Below are positions 35,960-44,855 of a DNA stretch of 64,000 bases, piece by piece (position 1 is the first letter of the stretch; each line of letters opens with the position of its first letter). The stretch covers positions 19,958-83,957 of the forward strand of contig NZ_DGUN01000027.1 of assembly GCF_002395745.1 (NCBI RefSeq). Direction: 5' to 3'. Position numbers and translations under genes: made by a program. The notes under the pieces were generated by a model. That model saw only the letters and a list, made by a program, of their open reading frames with translations. It did not search any database and was not told the origin of the DNA. This stretch comes from Fibrobacter sp. UBA4309 (GTDB taxonomy: Bacteria > Fibrobacterota > Fibrobacteria > Fibrobacterales > Fibrobacteraceae).

Positions 35960-37465
35960 TTAGAACTGTTCGAAGAACTTGTGAACTTCTTCAGGAACCC
36001 AGGTGTTCTGCCAGTTGCCGTTGTCGAATGCGGTCCACTGGTGCTGACCGTTCCAGCTACAGAACTTGACCGGGAAGCGTTCGTCAACCGTCGTGAAATC
36101 ATAGCAGAGGTGTCCGCTGCCGCCGACTTCCTGCGGCTTTTCAGCGCTGGCATCGGTGAAGTTGCCATCTGCGTCGGCCTTACCGTTGTTCTTGAGGATG
36201 CGCTTGAGTGCGCTGTCACGAGCGCGGCTGTAGTTGCAGGTGCCGTCGTTCTTGCCGTGCACGGCCATCCAGGCGATAGGCAAGCCCTTGTTCTTCGGCA
36301 AGTAGATGTTGTAGTCGGCGGTTGCATAGACTGCGACTGCACGGAGGCGGTCCTGCATATCCTGGGCCATGGAGTTCGTGACCATGGCGCCGAAGCTGAA
36401 GCCCGTCATGAACACGCGGCTGGTGTCAATGCAGTAGTTTTCTTCGAGAGTCGTAAGCAACTGGTTGATGAACTTGTGGTCCTTGTCGCTGCTCGTGCTC
36501 CACGGCATGCCGTCGGTATCGCCACGCGGAGAAACGAAGATGTAGTCGCCATTCTTGTCCAGCTTCTGCTGGCCGTAGTACGGAGACGGATGGTCCTGGT
36601 CCGGATTGTGGTGGACGAAGTCTTCGGCGTTAGAGCCCATGCAGTGCATGGCGAAGAGCAACTTGTAAGGTTTCTTGTTGTCGTAGTTCTTCGGCAAGGT
36701 GATGAAGTATTCGCGGTTGTCGCTGCCCACTCTCATTTCGAAGCGGTCGCCATTTTCGACACTCTTGGTCTTTTGCAGCTTGGAAGTCGTGCCGCAGCCC
36801 TTACTCGGGGTCGGCTCGTTCTTCAAAGCGTAACCGAATTTGAATGTCGGTTCCGGGGGCGCGGTCTTCGTGAGCTTCACGTTGACGGTCGTATCGAGCG
36901 TGCCGAGGGGGATGGAGAGAGTGTCATACCCGTCGGCTACGATACGAAGCTTTTCACCCGGGGTTACGTCCTTTGCGAGGGCGTTACGGGAGGCGAAACT
37001 GGTGCCGGCCTTTCCGGAGGCGGTGAAACGAACCGTCTGTACGGCGCTGCCGACGGAAACCTTGGCCACGTAGTTGCCCTGGGCCCTGATGTTCTGACGC
37101 AAGTCGGCCTTGCCGGATCCGTAAAGGGTGGAAGAATACACCTGGTTTCCTACCATGTCAAAAATTTTGACGGAAACCGGAGAAGAGCTGCTCTGCTTGT
37201 ACGAGAGCACTCCGTTATTGATGTTGACGTATCCAGGAATGGTCTGGCCGTGCAGGGCGTCAATAGACTCTTCTTCGTGAATGGAGAAATCACCGTTTGC
37301 ATCGGTTTTTGTGTTCTTGTTTTCGTTGACGAGGGTGACGTCGGCGCCGTTGATGGCTGTACCCTGATCGTCGGTGACTTTTCCGCTAATCGTGTATGCG
37401 GATGCGGTTGTTCCCACGGTGGCAACCAGTGCCAATGCGAACAACGAAAGATTGGATTCTTTCAT
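35960..37465 (-). CDS. Secreted alpha/beta-hydrolase esterase (CE1/feruloyl-esterase-like) with N-terminal accessory beta domains
   Basis: Signal peptide, GFSFG nucleophile elbow, HGKNDGTC, QHQW. Confidence 0.8.
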   Translation of the reverse strand: MKESNLSLFALALVATVGTTASAYTISGKVTDDQGTAINGADVTLVNENKNTKTDANGDFSIHEEESIDALHGQTIPGYVNINNGVLSYKQSSSSPVSVKIFDMVGNQVYSSTLYGSGKADLRQNIRAQGNYVAKVSVGSAVQTVRFTASGKAGTSFASRNALAKDVTPGEKLRIVADGYDTLSIPLGTLDTTVNVKLTKTAPPEPTFKFGYALKNEPTPSKGCGTTSKLQKTKSVENGDRFEMRVGSDNREYFITLPKNYDNKKPYKLLFAMHCMGSNAEDFVHHNPDQDHPSPYYGQQKLDKNGDYIFVSPRGDTDGMPWSTSSDKDHKFINQLLTTLEENYCIDTSRVFMTGFSFGAMVTNSMAQDMQDRLRAVAVYATADYNIYLPKNKGLPIAWMAVHGKNDGTCNYSRARDSALKRILKNNGKADADGNFTDASAEKPQEVGGSGHLCYDFTTVDERFPVKFCSWNGQHQWTAFDNGNWQNTWVPEEVHKFFEQF

Positions 37466-37652
37466 ATAGGTTTGCTCCTTTTTTTTTCAACCCAAAGTTC
37501 ATCCAAACAATCCTGTACCAGGTATACAATATAAAATGGAAGTCTTTTTATTGGGCGTAAAATAAAAATGCCATCATGGATAAATTGTCCATGACAGATG
37601 CAAAAAATGGCGAATTTAGCTCAAAAAAGGCGTTTTGTCGTGGATAAATCCG

Positions 37653-38948
37653 CTAGTCCAGCAGTCCCTGGTACAGGTCTAGGATCTTCCTGGCGAGGAG
37701 GCTCGTGTACTTCGCGTTGACCAGGGTAATCTTGGCCGTTTCGAGGTTGTTTTTCTGTGTCAGGAAGTCGGTATAGGTGAGCGAACCGGCGTTTCTTTGT
37801 TCTTCGGCGACCTGGAGGGCTTCCTGCTCGGCTTGCACCTGCAAGATGGCGGCTTTCCATTGCATGTCCGCGCTCAAGGCGTTCAGGTACAGCTTTTCGA
37901 TGCTGTTTTCGAGTGCCTTGGCGGTTTCTTGCATGCTGACCTGCGTCTCGGCCTCGCTTACCTGGGCCTGCAGCACCTTGTTCGTGGTGGAACCGCCATC
38001 GATGATGGGGATGTTGATGCCGAGCGATATGGAATTCTGCCATCCGTACTTGAGCTGGTTCTTGTAGGCTTTAGATTCCCATGCCTGCAGGCCGGTGGAG
38101 GAATTCGCCCCCAGCGTTACCGTGATAGAGCTGCCCTTGCCGGCGACTTCGGTGCTCTTCTTGGCCGCGCGGACAGAAACGCTGTCGGACTTGAGTCCGG
38201 GGTGCGCTTCCTTGACGTTTTTCTGCAGTTCGTCGAGTGACGGCAGCGGTGGCAGGGAATCCGGATGTTCCATGTCCGTCTCGGGTGCCGAAATCTGGAA
38301 ATCGCTGCTGTCGTCCAGTTCCAGCAGCTGGCGGAGTGTCGTCTTCGACGTACTCACGTTCAGTTGTGCGGAAAGTTGCGCCGTCTGTTTCTGCAATACG
38401 TTGGACTGGCTTTGGGTGAGGTCTTTCTTGGTGATGGATCCGGCCTCGTAGAGCTTGCCGTAGTGCTCGAATTCCGCCTGGGCGAGCTCGACGGAAGCGT
38501 CTGCGGTGTGCAGTTTCTCGTTGGCGGCGAGCAGGTTCATGAAGGCGTTCAGCACGTTCTCCTGGACGGTGCGTTCCGTCTGCCGCGTGGCGAGCTGGGT
38601 CGCTTCTTTCGAAAGCTGGGTCGCCTCGACGTTCAGGCTGGTGGCGCCGCCATCCCAGATGGTGTACGATCCGGAAATGCCCAGGTTTAGGCGGTAGTGG
38701 TCTTCCTGGTCAATGAACGGATGGTCGAAAAGGGTGTTCTGGATGCTCGCGTTCACGCTCGGATAGTTGCCGGACTTTGCCTGCTTGATGCCGATGTCCG
38801 CTTTTTGCTCGCGGAGTTTGGCCGATTCCAGCGAAAGACTTTTCTGCTTGGCCTGCTTGAGGCAGGCTTCCAGAGTCCATGCGGATTCCGCGTGCAGCAG
38901 GGCTGCCGCCGCCAGGATGCCGATTAGAAAAGTTTTGGTCTTGTCCAT
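37653..38948 (-). CDS. TolC-family outer-membrane efflux protein
   Basis: WTLEACL, YPSVNAS, YTIWDGG, IPIIDGG, YEAGSIT repeats. Confidence 0.9.
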   Translation of the reverse strand: MDKTKTFLIGILAAAALLHAESAWTLEACLKQAKQKSLSLESAKLREQKADIGIKQAKSGNYPSVNASIQNTLFDHPFIDQEDHYRLNLGISGSYTIWDGGATSLNVEATQLSKEATQLATRQTERTVQENVLNAFMNLLAANEKLHTADASVELAQAEFEHYGKLYEAGSITKKDLTQSQSNVLQKQTAQLSAQLNVSTSKTTLRQLLELDDSSDFQISAPETDMEHPDSLPPLPSLDELQKNVKEAHPGLKSDSVSVRAAKKSTEVAGKGSSITVTLGANSSTGLQAWESKAYKNQLKYGWQNSISLGINIPIIDGGSTTNKVLQAQVSEAETQVSMQETAKALENSIEKLYLNALSADMQWKAAILQVQAEQEALQVAEEQRNAGSLTYTDFLTQKNNLETAKITLVNAKYTSLLARKILDLYQGLLD

Positions 38949-39000
38949 GCCTTTTAGATGCCTGTCCGGGCTGTTACGTTGCCCGTTTTTGCGAAAATAG

Positions 39001-39024
39001 AAAAAAAGTCCGGTTGAACCGGAC
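39001..39024 (-). terminator. Terminator downstream of the tRNA
   Basis: GTCCGGTT-G-AACCGGAC plus a T7 tract on the minus strand. Confidence 0.75.
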
Positions 39025-39033
39025 CTTCGAGAG

Positions 39034-39108
39034 TGGACGGTACTGGATTTGAACCAGTGACCTCTGCCGTGTGAAAGCAGCGCTCTAAACCAACTGAGCT
39101 AACCGTCC
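39034..39108 (-). tRNA. tRNA-Val (anticodon CAC); CCA not encoded
   Basis: GGACGGTTAGCTCAGTTGG..CTGCT-TTCACAC-GGCAG..GGTTCAAATCC..CCGTCCA folds as a cloverleaf. Confidence 0.95.
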
Positions 39109-39118
39109 AATGCGAGTG

Positions 39119-39149
39119 CAAATATATAAAAGGTGTTGCGGGTTGTCAA
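39119..39149 (-). promoter_or_regulatory. Housekeeping promoter of the tRNA
   Basis: TTGACA-17 nt-TATATTTG on the minus strand, ending 10 nt before the tRNA. Confidence 0.75.
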
Positions 39150-39157
39150 GGGGGGGG

Positions 39158-39318
39158 GCCGCTGCGCGGCAGTTACGAGTTCTAAGTTCTGAGTTTCTAG
39201 GGCCACTTCGTGGCAGCTCTAAGTTACTAGAATTTCCATTTCCAAGAAGCTTCTTGGAAATGGAAATTCTAGTAACTCGTAACTATTAACTATCAACTAG
39301 TAACTGCGGCTATGCCGC
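39158..39318. repeat. Composite element: mini-hairpins, heptamer arrays and a perfect 56-bp palindrome
   Basis: Palindrome 39222-39277, AGTT/AACT heptamers on both sides, 5-bp triloop hairpins at 39158, 39202 and 39306. Confidence 0.88.
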
Positions 39319-39783
39319 CTACAAGTACTTGTCTTCGGCGGCGCGGAGAGTCGTGATGAACTCGGCCGGAGTTTTCGCGGCGATGAGGTCCTTGCGGACG
39401 TTTCCGTCGGCTAGGAGGCGGCTGACAGAAGAAAGGGCCTTGAGGTGCGGACCGACGGTGTTGCCCGGGCTCACGATGAGGATGAGCAGGTAGACCGGTT
39501 CGCCATCGAAAGACTGGAAGTCCAGGCCTTTCTCGACAGTGGCGGCGACCATGCACATGCGGTCAACATAGTCAATCTTGGCGTGTGGCACGGCGAGTCC
39601 GCAACCGATACCCGTGGAACGGCTCTGTTCGCGGTTCCATACGGCTTCAAAAATTTCGTCCCTGTGTTCCAGTTTGTAGGCGCTGCAAAGGGTGTCGACC
39701 AGCTCGTTCAGGATAGCTTCCTTGGTTTCGCTGGCAGAGTTGATAAGAATGCAATTATCCACAAATCTTTCAGAAAGACGCAT
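39319..39783 (-). CDS. PTS EIIA protein (fructose/nitrogen, PtsN-like)
   Basis: REQSRSTGIGCGLAVPHAK, FDGEPVYLL, HLKAL. Confidence 0.9.
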   Translation of the reverse strand: MRLSERFVDNCILINSASETKEAILNELVDTLCSAYKLEHRDEIFEAVWNREQSRSTGIGCGLAVPHAKIDYVDRMCMVAATVEKGLDFQSFDGEPVYLLILIVSPGNTVGPHLKALSSVSRLLADGNVRKDLIAAKTPAEFITTLRAAEDKYL

Positions 39784-39827
39784 AATGATTCCTTTTCTTT
39801 TGGCAACTAAATATTGTAGAAAAAAAT

Positions 39828-39855
39828 AAGCCTTTTTGGGAGTCCAAAAAGGCTT
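39828..39855. terminator. Terminator-like hairpin downstream of aroD
   Basis: AAGCCTTTTTGG-GAGT-CCAAAAAGGCTT. Confidence 0.65.
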
Positions 39856-39872
39856 TTGTAATATGAAAATAT

Positions 39873-40646
39873 TTAAAATTGACGATATTTCGTTAAAAAA
39901 TCACACAAATCTGCTTGTGAATAGATGATTTCGAACTTGTCCAGGGCCTTTCTGGATGTCATGACATCGATTTGTCCGGGAGCCTGGACGGAGTCGATGG
40001 CGGCATAGGTGAGGTTCGCTCCTTCCTTGAGGGACCAGAGCCTGCTTATCCTGCCCGTTTCTCCCATTCCGAACGCCCCGAAAAGTTCGAAGTACTTGGA
40101 GTACTTCTTTATAAACTTGTACAGGCGGTCGCAGTCTGTAGCGCTGTTGCTCATGGCGGCGATTTTCAAGCCGTCGGCCTTGACGCGGCGCAAGTCGTCG
40201 ACAAGCGTCTTGAGCTCCATATCGTTCGGGATACGAACAAAGTTGTGCTCGGAAACGAGGATGCGGGTACCCCTTGCTGCAGCGAGTTTCTTGAGTTCCG
40301 CGAACTGGGCGAGGCAATCGCGTTCCAGGTCAAGCCATTCCGGGATTTCGGCGACGTCGAGGATTTCTTTCCACAGGGCGGGCCTGGCGACGGCCTGGGC
40401 GTCGGGAAACTGGCCCCCGTCCCGCTTGAGGCGGATGGTCCCGATCTGCATGGCGTGTGGTGCCACCTTGCGTACGCGCGAAGAAAGCTCCGGCCATTCG
40501 GAAGGCTTGAAGAAGTCGTAGCGGATCTCGATGGCGTTGCAGGCCTGCAAATCCATGAATACCGGATTCAGGGAATCCGCTTCGATGGCCTCGAGGACAG
40601 TCTTGTCCACCAGTCCGACCAGAAATTTCTCGTTGCTCTTTGGCAT
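39873..40646 (-). CDS. aroD: Type I 3-dehydroquinate dehydratase
   Basis: IEIRYD, TIR..RDGG, SEHNF, LKIAAM, FGMGETGRISR, APGQI. Confidence 0.9.
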   Translation of the reverse strand: MPKSNEKFLVGLVDKTVLEAIEADSLNPVFMDLQACNAIEIRYDFFKPSEWPELSSRVRKVAPHAMQIGTIRLKRDGGQFPDAQAVARPALWKEILDVAEIPEWLDLERDCLAQFAELKKLAAARGTRILVSEHNFVRIPNDMELKTLVDDLRRVKADGLKIAAMSNSATDCDRLYKFIKKYSKYFELFGAFGMGETGRISRLWSLKEGANLTYAAIDSVQAPGQIDVMTSRKALDKFEIIYSQADLCDFLTKYRQF

Positions 40647-40725
40647 GGCCGAAATATAGCAACTGAGGATGACCGCCCGTCCAAGATTTTTCTAAATTAG
40701 GGAACAAAACAGAAGGAAGCTTTTT

Positions 40726-41307
40726 ATGGCCGATTGCGAAGATAAGAACGAAAAACAGTCTCCCGAACTGATGAAGAAAGCCGAGGATTTTCTTGCCTCG
40801 AAGCGCCGCATTTTCTTGTGGGGCGGTGTTGACGACGAAAGCGCCGAACGAATCGTGAAGCAGTTGCTGTACCTGGATTCCCTGAATCACGAAGACATCG
40901 TTTTCTTTATCAATAGCCCGGGCGGAGTCATTTCGAGCGGCCTCGCTATTTACGACTGCATGAACGCCATCCAGAGCGACGTGGTCACGGTGTGTTGTGG
41001 CCAGGCGGCTTCTATGGGTGCCGTCTTGCTGACCGCCGGTGCAAAGGGCAAGCGTGTGGCATGGCCCAACGCCCGCATCATGATTCACCAGCCGCTTATT
41101 CACGGCGAGATTGTCGCTCCGGCGAGCGACATCCAGATCCAGGCCGAAGAAATGCTGCGCATCCGCGGCATCACGGGAAAGATTCTGGCCGAAACGAGCG
41201 GACACACGATTGAAGAAATCGACCGCGATACTGAACGCGACAACTTCATGAGTGCCGAAGAAGCCAAGGCGTACGGCCTTGTGGACAAAGTCGAGAGCCT
41301 TGTCTAA
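40726..41307 (+). CDS. clpP: ATP-dependent Clp protease proteolytic subunit
   Basis: INSPGG, QAASMG, MIHQP, DTERDNFM. Confidence 0.96.
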   Translation: MADCEDKNEKQSPELMKKAEDFLASKRRIFLWGGVDDESAERIVKQLLYLDSLNHEDIVFFINSPGGVISSGLAIYDCMNAIQSDVVTVCCGQAASMGAVLLTAGAKGKRVAWPNARIMIHQPLIHGEIVAPASDIQIQAEEMLRIRGITGKILAETSGHTIEEIDRDTERDNFMSAEEAKAYGLVDKVESLV

Positions 41308-42224
41308 TGGGTCTGTTATCTACAATTAAGCAGGGTCTTGCCAAGACGCGTGACGCCCTCGTGGGCGAACTGAAGGGCATTGTCGGTGTCGGGAAAATTA
41401 CGGACGACACCCTCGAAGAACTCGAAGAACACCTGATCAAGGCCGACGTGGGCGTCGAGGCCGCCTTCCTATTGACGGACGCCCTGCGCGAGCAGGCTTT
41501 GGGGAAATCCCTCACGACAGAGCAGGTCCTCGATATCATGAGGGGCGAGGCGGAACGCCTGCTGAAAGACCCGCCGCCGTTCGAACTCAAGGGCAAACCT
41601 CACGTGGTGCTCGTCATCGGCGTGAACGGGGCGGGCAAGACTACCACCATCGGTAAGCTCGCCGCGCGCTTGATTGGCGAAGGCAAGAAGGTGATGATTG
41701 CCGCTTGCGATACTTTCCGCGCGGCGGCGATTGACCAGCTCGAAACCTGGGCGCAGCGCAGCGGAGCCGAATTCGTGAAGCACCAGGAAGGTTCCGATCC
41801 GGCTGCGGTAGCCTTTGACGCCTGCAATGCCGCTGTCGCCCGAGGCTGCGATGTCGTCCTGGTCGATACGGCCGGACGTCTCCACAACAAGGATTACCTG
41901 CTCGAAGAACTCAAGAAGATTGTCCGCGTCATCAAGAAGGTGAATCCGGAAATGCCGCAGGACATGTGGCTCGTGATTGACGGCAATACAGGACAGAATA
42001 CCATTAACCAGACGAAACTGTTCAACCAGAGTTTCCCGCTCACGGGAATCGTGGTCACGAAGCTTGACGGAACCGCGCGTGGCGGAGCCGTACTTTCTAT
42101 CGCGAGCTCGCTGCAGATTCCCATACGTTGGGTCGGCATGGGCGAACGCATCGACCAGCTGGTGCCTTTCAGCAAGGCCGAGTATGTAGAAGGGCTTTTC
42201 GAAAACGCCCTGGAAGAATCGTAA
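41307..42224 (+). CDS. ftsY: SRP receptor GTPase
   Basis: [37 protein letters not shown]. Confidence 0.97.
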   Translation: MGLLSTIKQGLAKTRDALVGELKGIVGVGKITDDTLEELEEHLIKADVGVEAAFLLTDALREQALGKSLTTEQVLDIMRGEAERLLKDPPPFELKGKPHVVLVIGVNGAGKTTTIGKLAARLIGEGKKVMIAACDTFRAAAIDQLETWAQRSGAEFVKHQEGSDPAAVAFDACNAAVARGCDVVLVDTAGRLHNKDYLLEELKKIVRVIKKVNPEMPQDMWLVIDGNTGQNTINQTKLFNQSFPLTGIVVTKLDGTARGGAVLSIASSLQIPIRWVGMGERIDQLVPFSKAEYVEGLFENALEES

Positions 42225-42234
42225 CGGGGCTAGA

Positions 42235-42627
42235 ATGGGTTGCAGAACGCTCGCTTTCGCATGGATGTCCGGCTTGCTGTTGACGCTTGCCGCCTGCGGA
42301 GGTGACGCCCCGTCTGTCGACGAGAATTTTGTTGAGACGTTCGTGGAATTGCGCGTTGCCGAACAGATGTACGGGACGGAATCGCCCATGGCGCGCCTTG
42401 CCCGCAGCAAGACTCTTGAAAAGCACGGCTATACCCGTGAAACCTTTTTGGCCGTGTCGGACAATATCTTGAACGATCCGCATTACTGGATGCCGTTCCA
42501 GAAACGCGTCACGGACAGGATAGATTCCGTTCTCAATCCGGAAGCCTACAAAAAAATGAAGGAAGAAGAAGCGGCGAAGGCCGCCGCCAAGAAGCTCAAG
42601 AAGCCAAGGGGAGAGAAAATACAATGA
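42235..42627 (+). CDS. Helical lipoprotein (DUF4296-like)
   Basis: Lipobox LAAC, short helical domain, Lys-rich tail. Confidence 0.6.
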   Translation: MGCRTLAFAWMSGLLLTLAACGGDAPSVDENFVETFVELRVAEQMYGTESPMARLARSKTLEKHGYTRETFLAVSDNILNDPHYWMPFQKRVTDRIDSVLNPEAYKKMKEEEAAKAAAKKLKKPRGEKIQ

Positions 42628-43100
42628 TGTCCCGTCTTTCCACGTTGCTGTGCTGCGTCCTTCTGGCTGTGACTACGGGACTTGCCGCCCCTGCAAAGCC
42701 CAAGCTGGTTCACTGGATGGGCTATTCCGAGGCGCTTGAGAAGGCGAAGAACTCTGCCAAGCTGGTTTTTGTCGACCTCTATGCGGACTGGTGCGTCCCT
42801 TGCCGCGTGATGGATGCGAACGTCTACTCCGACCCGACCGTGGCCTCGATTCTGAATACCAGGTTCTATCCCGTAAAGCTGAACACGGATTCCCAGGACA
42901 CGATTATGTGCGACGGCCAGAAGAAAACGGTGCAGGAATGTTATTTCCAGGTGTGGGAACTGCATGCGTTGCCCGCCTTCGTGTTGATTGCCCCGAAAGG
43001 TCTTTCTATATTGACAGTAACGGATTCCATGAGCCCCCAGGAGCTGCAGATGCTGTTGCTGCAGTTCCTTGACAAAGAGAAGGAGTGGATAGAACGATGA
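42624..43100 (+). CDS. Exported thioredoxin-family protein
   Basis: Signal peptide, VDLYADWCVPC, LPAFVLI. Confidence 0.85.
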   Translation: MMSRLSTLLCCVLLAVTTGLAAPAKPKLVHWMGYSEALEKAKNSAKLVFVDLYADWCVPCRVMDANVYSDPTVASILNTRFYPVKLNTDSQDTIMCDGQKKTVQECYFQVWELHALPAFVLIAPKGLSILTVTDSMSPQELQMLLLQFLDKEKEWIER

Positions 43101-44725
43101 ACGACCAGGTTTTACTCTACTTGCAGATTGCGTTCTGGGTGCTCGTCTTTTTGTTGGTCCTCTGTTATTGCCTTTTTCCGCTGTCATTGCCTTTCGTGAG
43201 CGAACTTTTCAAGCGCCGCCACCGCCATATCGACAAGAATTTTGAATTGCCGATGGTGACGCTCCTGATTTCTGCCTATAACGAAGAGGCGGTTATCGAA
43301 CGCAAGATAAAGAACATCCAGGAAATCGATTACCCCAAGGAAAAGCTGGAAGTCTTGATTGGCGACGACGGTTCCGCCGATGCGACTGCCGAAATCGTGG
43401 CGCGGTATGCCGATCAGGGAATCACCTTGGTCAAGGCCCCGAAAAACGCCGGCAAGGCGGCGATGCTCAACCGTCTGCAGAAACTGGCTCATGGCGAAAT
43501 CCTCGTGTTCTGCGATGCGAATACGATGTTCTTCCCGAATGTGATCCGCAAGCTGGTCGCCCCGTTCTGCGATACAAAAATCGGTTGCGTCTGCGGACAC
43601 CTGATTCTTTCGGACAAGAGCGGTAGCGTCCTTGGCCGCGGCGAAAGTTCGTATTGGGATCTGGAATCCGAGATAAAGAAGTTCGAAGGTGTCCTGGACC
43701 GCCTGATAGGCGGCAATGGCGCCCTGTACGCTATCCGCAGGGAACTCTATACGGAACTGCCCGTGAAAAAGAGCGTCATGGACGACTTCTTCATTACGAC
43801 CAAGATTTTGCAGAAAGGTTATTTCTGTACGTTCGTCCCGAGCGCAATCGGTACGGAACAGACCTCGAAAGAAGGCGGTGGCGAATACCGCCGCAAGGTG
43901 CGTATCGGCCGCGCGAATTTCAATTACCTGTTCTCTTACCTGCCGCTGCTGAATCCGTTCAGGCCCCTGCTCGCCTATCTGTTCCTTTCGCACAAGCTTC
44001 TGCGCTGGTTCTCCCCGCATATCCTGATTCTGCTCTTTATTATCAATGCCCTGCTCTTGACGGAAGGGACCGTCTACTGCGTGACCTTTGCCATGATGGT
44101 CCTTACTGCGCTTGTCTGCGTGACGAAGATTGTGCCGAGCGCCTTTTATTTCGTTTCTATGAACATGGCGCTGCTCAAGGGATTCTTCCTGGCTTTCCGT
44201 AGGGAAAAGAGTGGCGGCTGGTCTCGCGAGGCCAGAAGCGATGACGACGAAAGTGCCGCCGTGGCTGTCAAGGCGCTCCCGCTGGTATTTGCCTGTGCTG
44301 TCGCCATGAGCTCCGCTCCTGCGAACGCGTTTACGATGGATGTCCAGGGTGGCGTCGTCAACCACGTGAGCGAAATAACGGACTTCAACCTGAGCATTTA
44401 TGGCCATTGGTGGTATCCTATCGACCAGATGGTCTTTGTTGGCATCGGTGGCGGTTATCAGGAAATCGACAATGTCGGTCTCGTGCCGCTGAGTGCCAGT
44501 GCCTGGATTCGTCTGCCGATGGGCGGACAGACTCTCCCTGTCGTTACAGGGGATCTCGGCTACCTGATCGGCAGTGACCATCAGCTATTCTGGAGGACCG
44601 GCGGTGGCTTGGATATCAAGAATGGCGACTATTCTTCTATCATGCTCATGGGCGGATACGAATTCCTGGAGCACGACGGCAAGGGATTCATTTATCTGCA
44701 GGCCGGCATCTTGATCGAACTTTAG
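43097..44725 (+). CDS. GT2 (CESA-like) glycosyltransferase fused to an internal signal peptide and a small outer-membrane beta-barrel
   Basis: ISAYNEE, DDGS, GKAA, CDAN, DDF, RKVR. After the TMs and W..EAR come KALPLVFACAVAMSSAPANA and eight alternating strands ending YLQAGILIEL. Confidence 0.8.
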   Translation: MNDQVLLYLQIAFWVLVFLLVLCYCLFPLSLPFVSELFKRRHRHIDKNFELPMVTLLISAYNEEAVIERKIKNIQEIDYPKEKLEVLIGDDGSADATAEIVARYADQGITLVKAPKNAGKAAMLNRLQKLAHGEILVFCDANTMFFPNVIRKLVAPFCDTKIGCVCGHLILSDKSGSVLGRGESSYWDLESEIKKFEGVLDRLIGGNGALYAIRRELYTELPVKKSVMDDFFITTKILQKGYFCTFVPSAIGTEQTSKEGGGEYRRKVRIGRANFNYLFSYLPLLNPFRPLLAYLFLSHKLLRWFSPHILILLFIINALLLTEGTVYCVTFAMMVLTALVCVTKIVPSAFYFVSMNMALLKGFFLAFRREKSGGWSREARSDDDESAAVAVKALPLVFACAVAMSSAPANAFTMDVQGGVVNHVSEITDFNLSIYGHWWYPIDQMVFVGIGGGYQEIDNVGLVPLSASAWIRLPMGGQTLPVVTGDLGYLIGSDHQLFWRTGGGLDIKNGDYSSIMLMGGYEFLEHDGKGFIYLQAGILIEL

Positions 44726-44732
44726 CCAACTT

Positions 44733-44855
44733 TCTACCGCCTACTGTCTACTAACCACTGTTTACTTAACCACTTTAACAAGAGTGATGGATCCTCGGCC
44801 TTTGGCCAAGGATGACACTGCCAATTAAACACACTTCACATTGCGACGGAGTCGC
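44733..44855. repeat. Heptamer run, REP-like element and GGA-triloop mini-hairpin between convergent genes
   Basis: YYACT heptamers 44733-44774, minus-strand GTCATCCTTGGCCAAAGGCCGAGGATCC at 44789-44816, GCGAC-GGA-GTCGC at 44843-44855. Confidence 0.8.

Noticed and set aside
35700-35960. CIRCE/HrcA operator or ROSE thermometer at hsp20
   Set aside because: No TTAGCACTC-N9-GAGTGCTAA is present, and the SD region is A-rich and appears unpaired.
35702-37534. 610-aa plus-strand ORF and other long antisense ORFs (e.g. 9495-11144, 17842-19635, 25790-27463, 55984-57162, 62599-63951)
   Set aside because: These are shadow ORFs opposite well-supported genes in GC-rich DNA and carry no motifs.
39150-39158. 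G9 tract as a phase-variable promoter switch
   Set aside because: It lies just outside the -35/-10 spacer of the tRNA promoter, so length change would not alter spacing.
39001-39320. Genomic island integrated at tRNA-Val
   Set aside because: No integrase and no duplicated tRNA 3' end; the flanking genes look like core genes.
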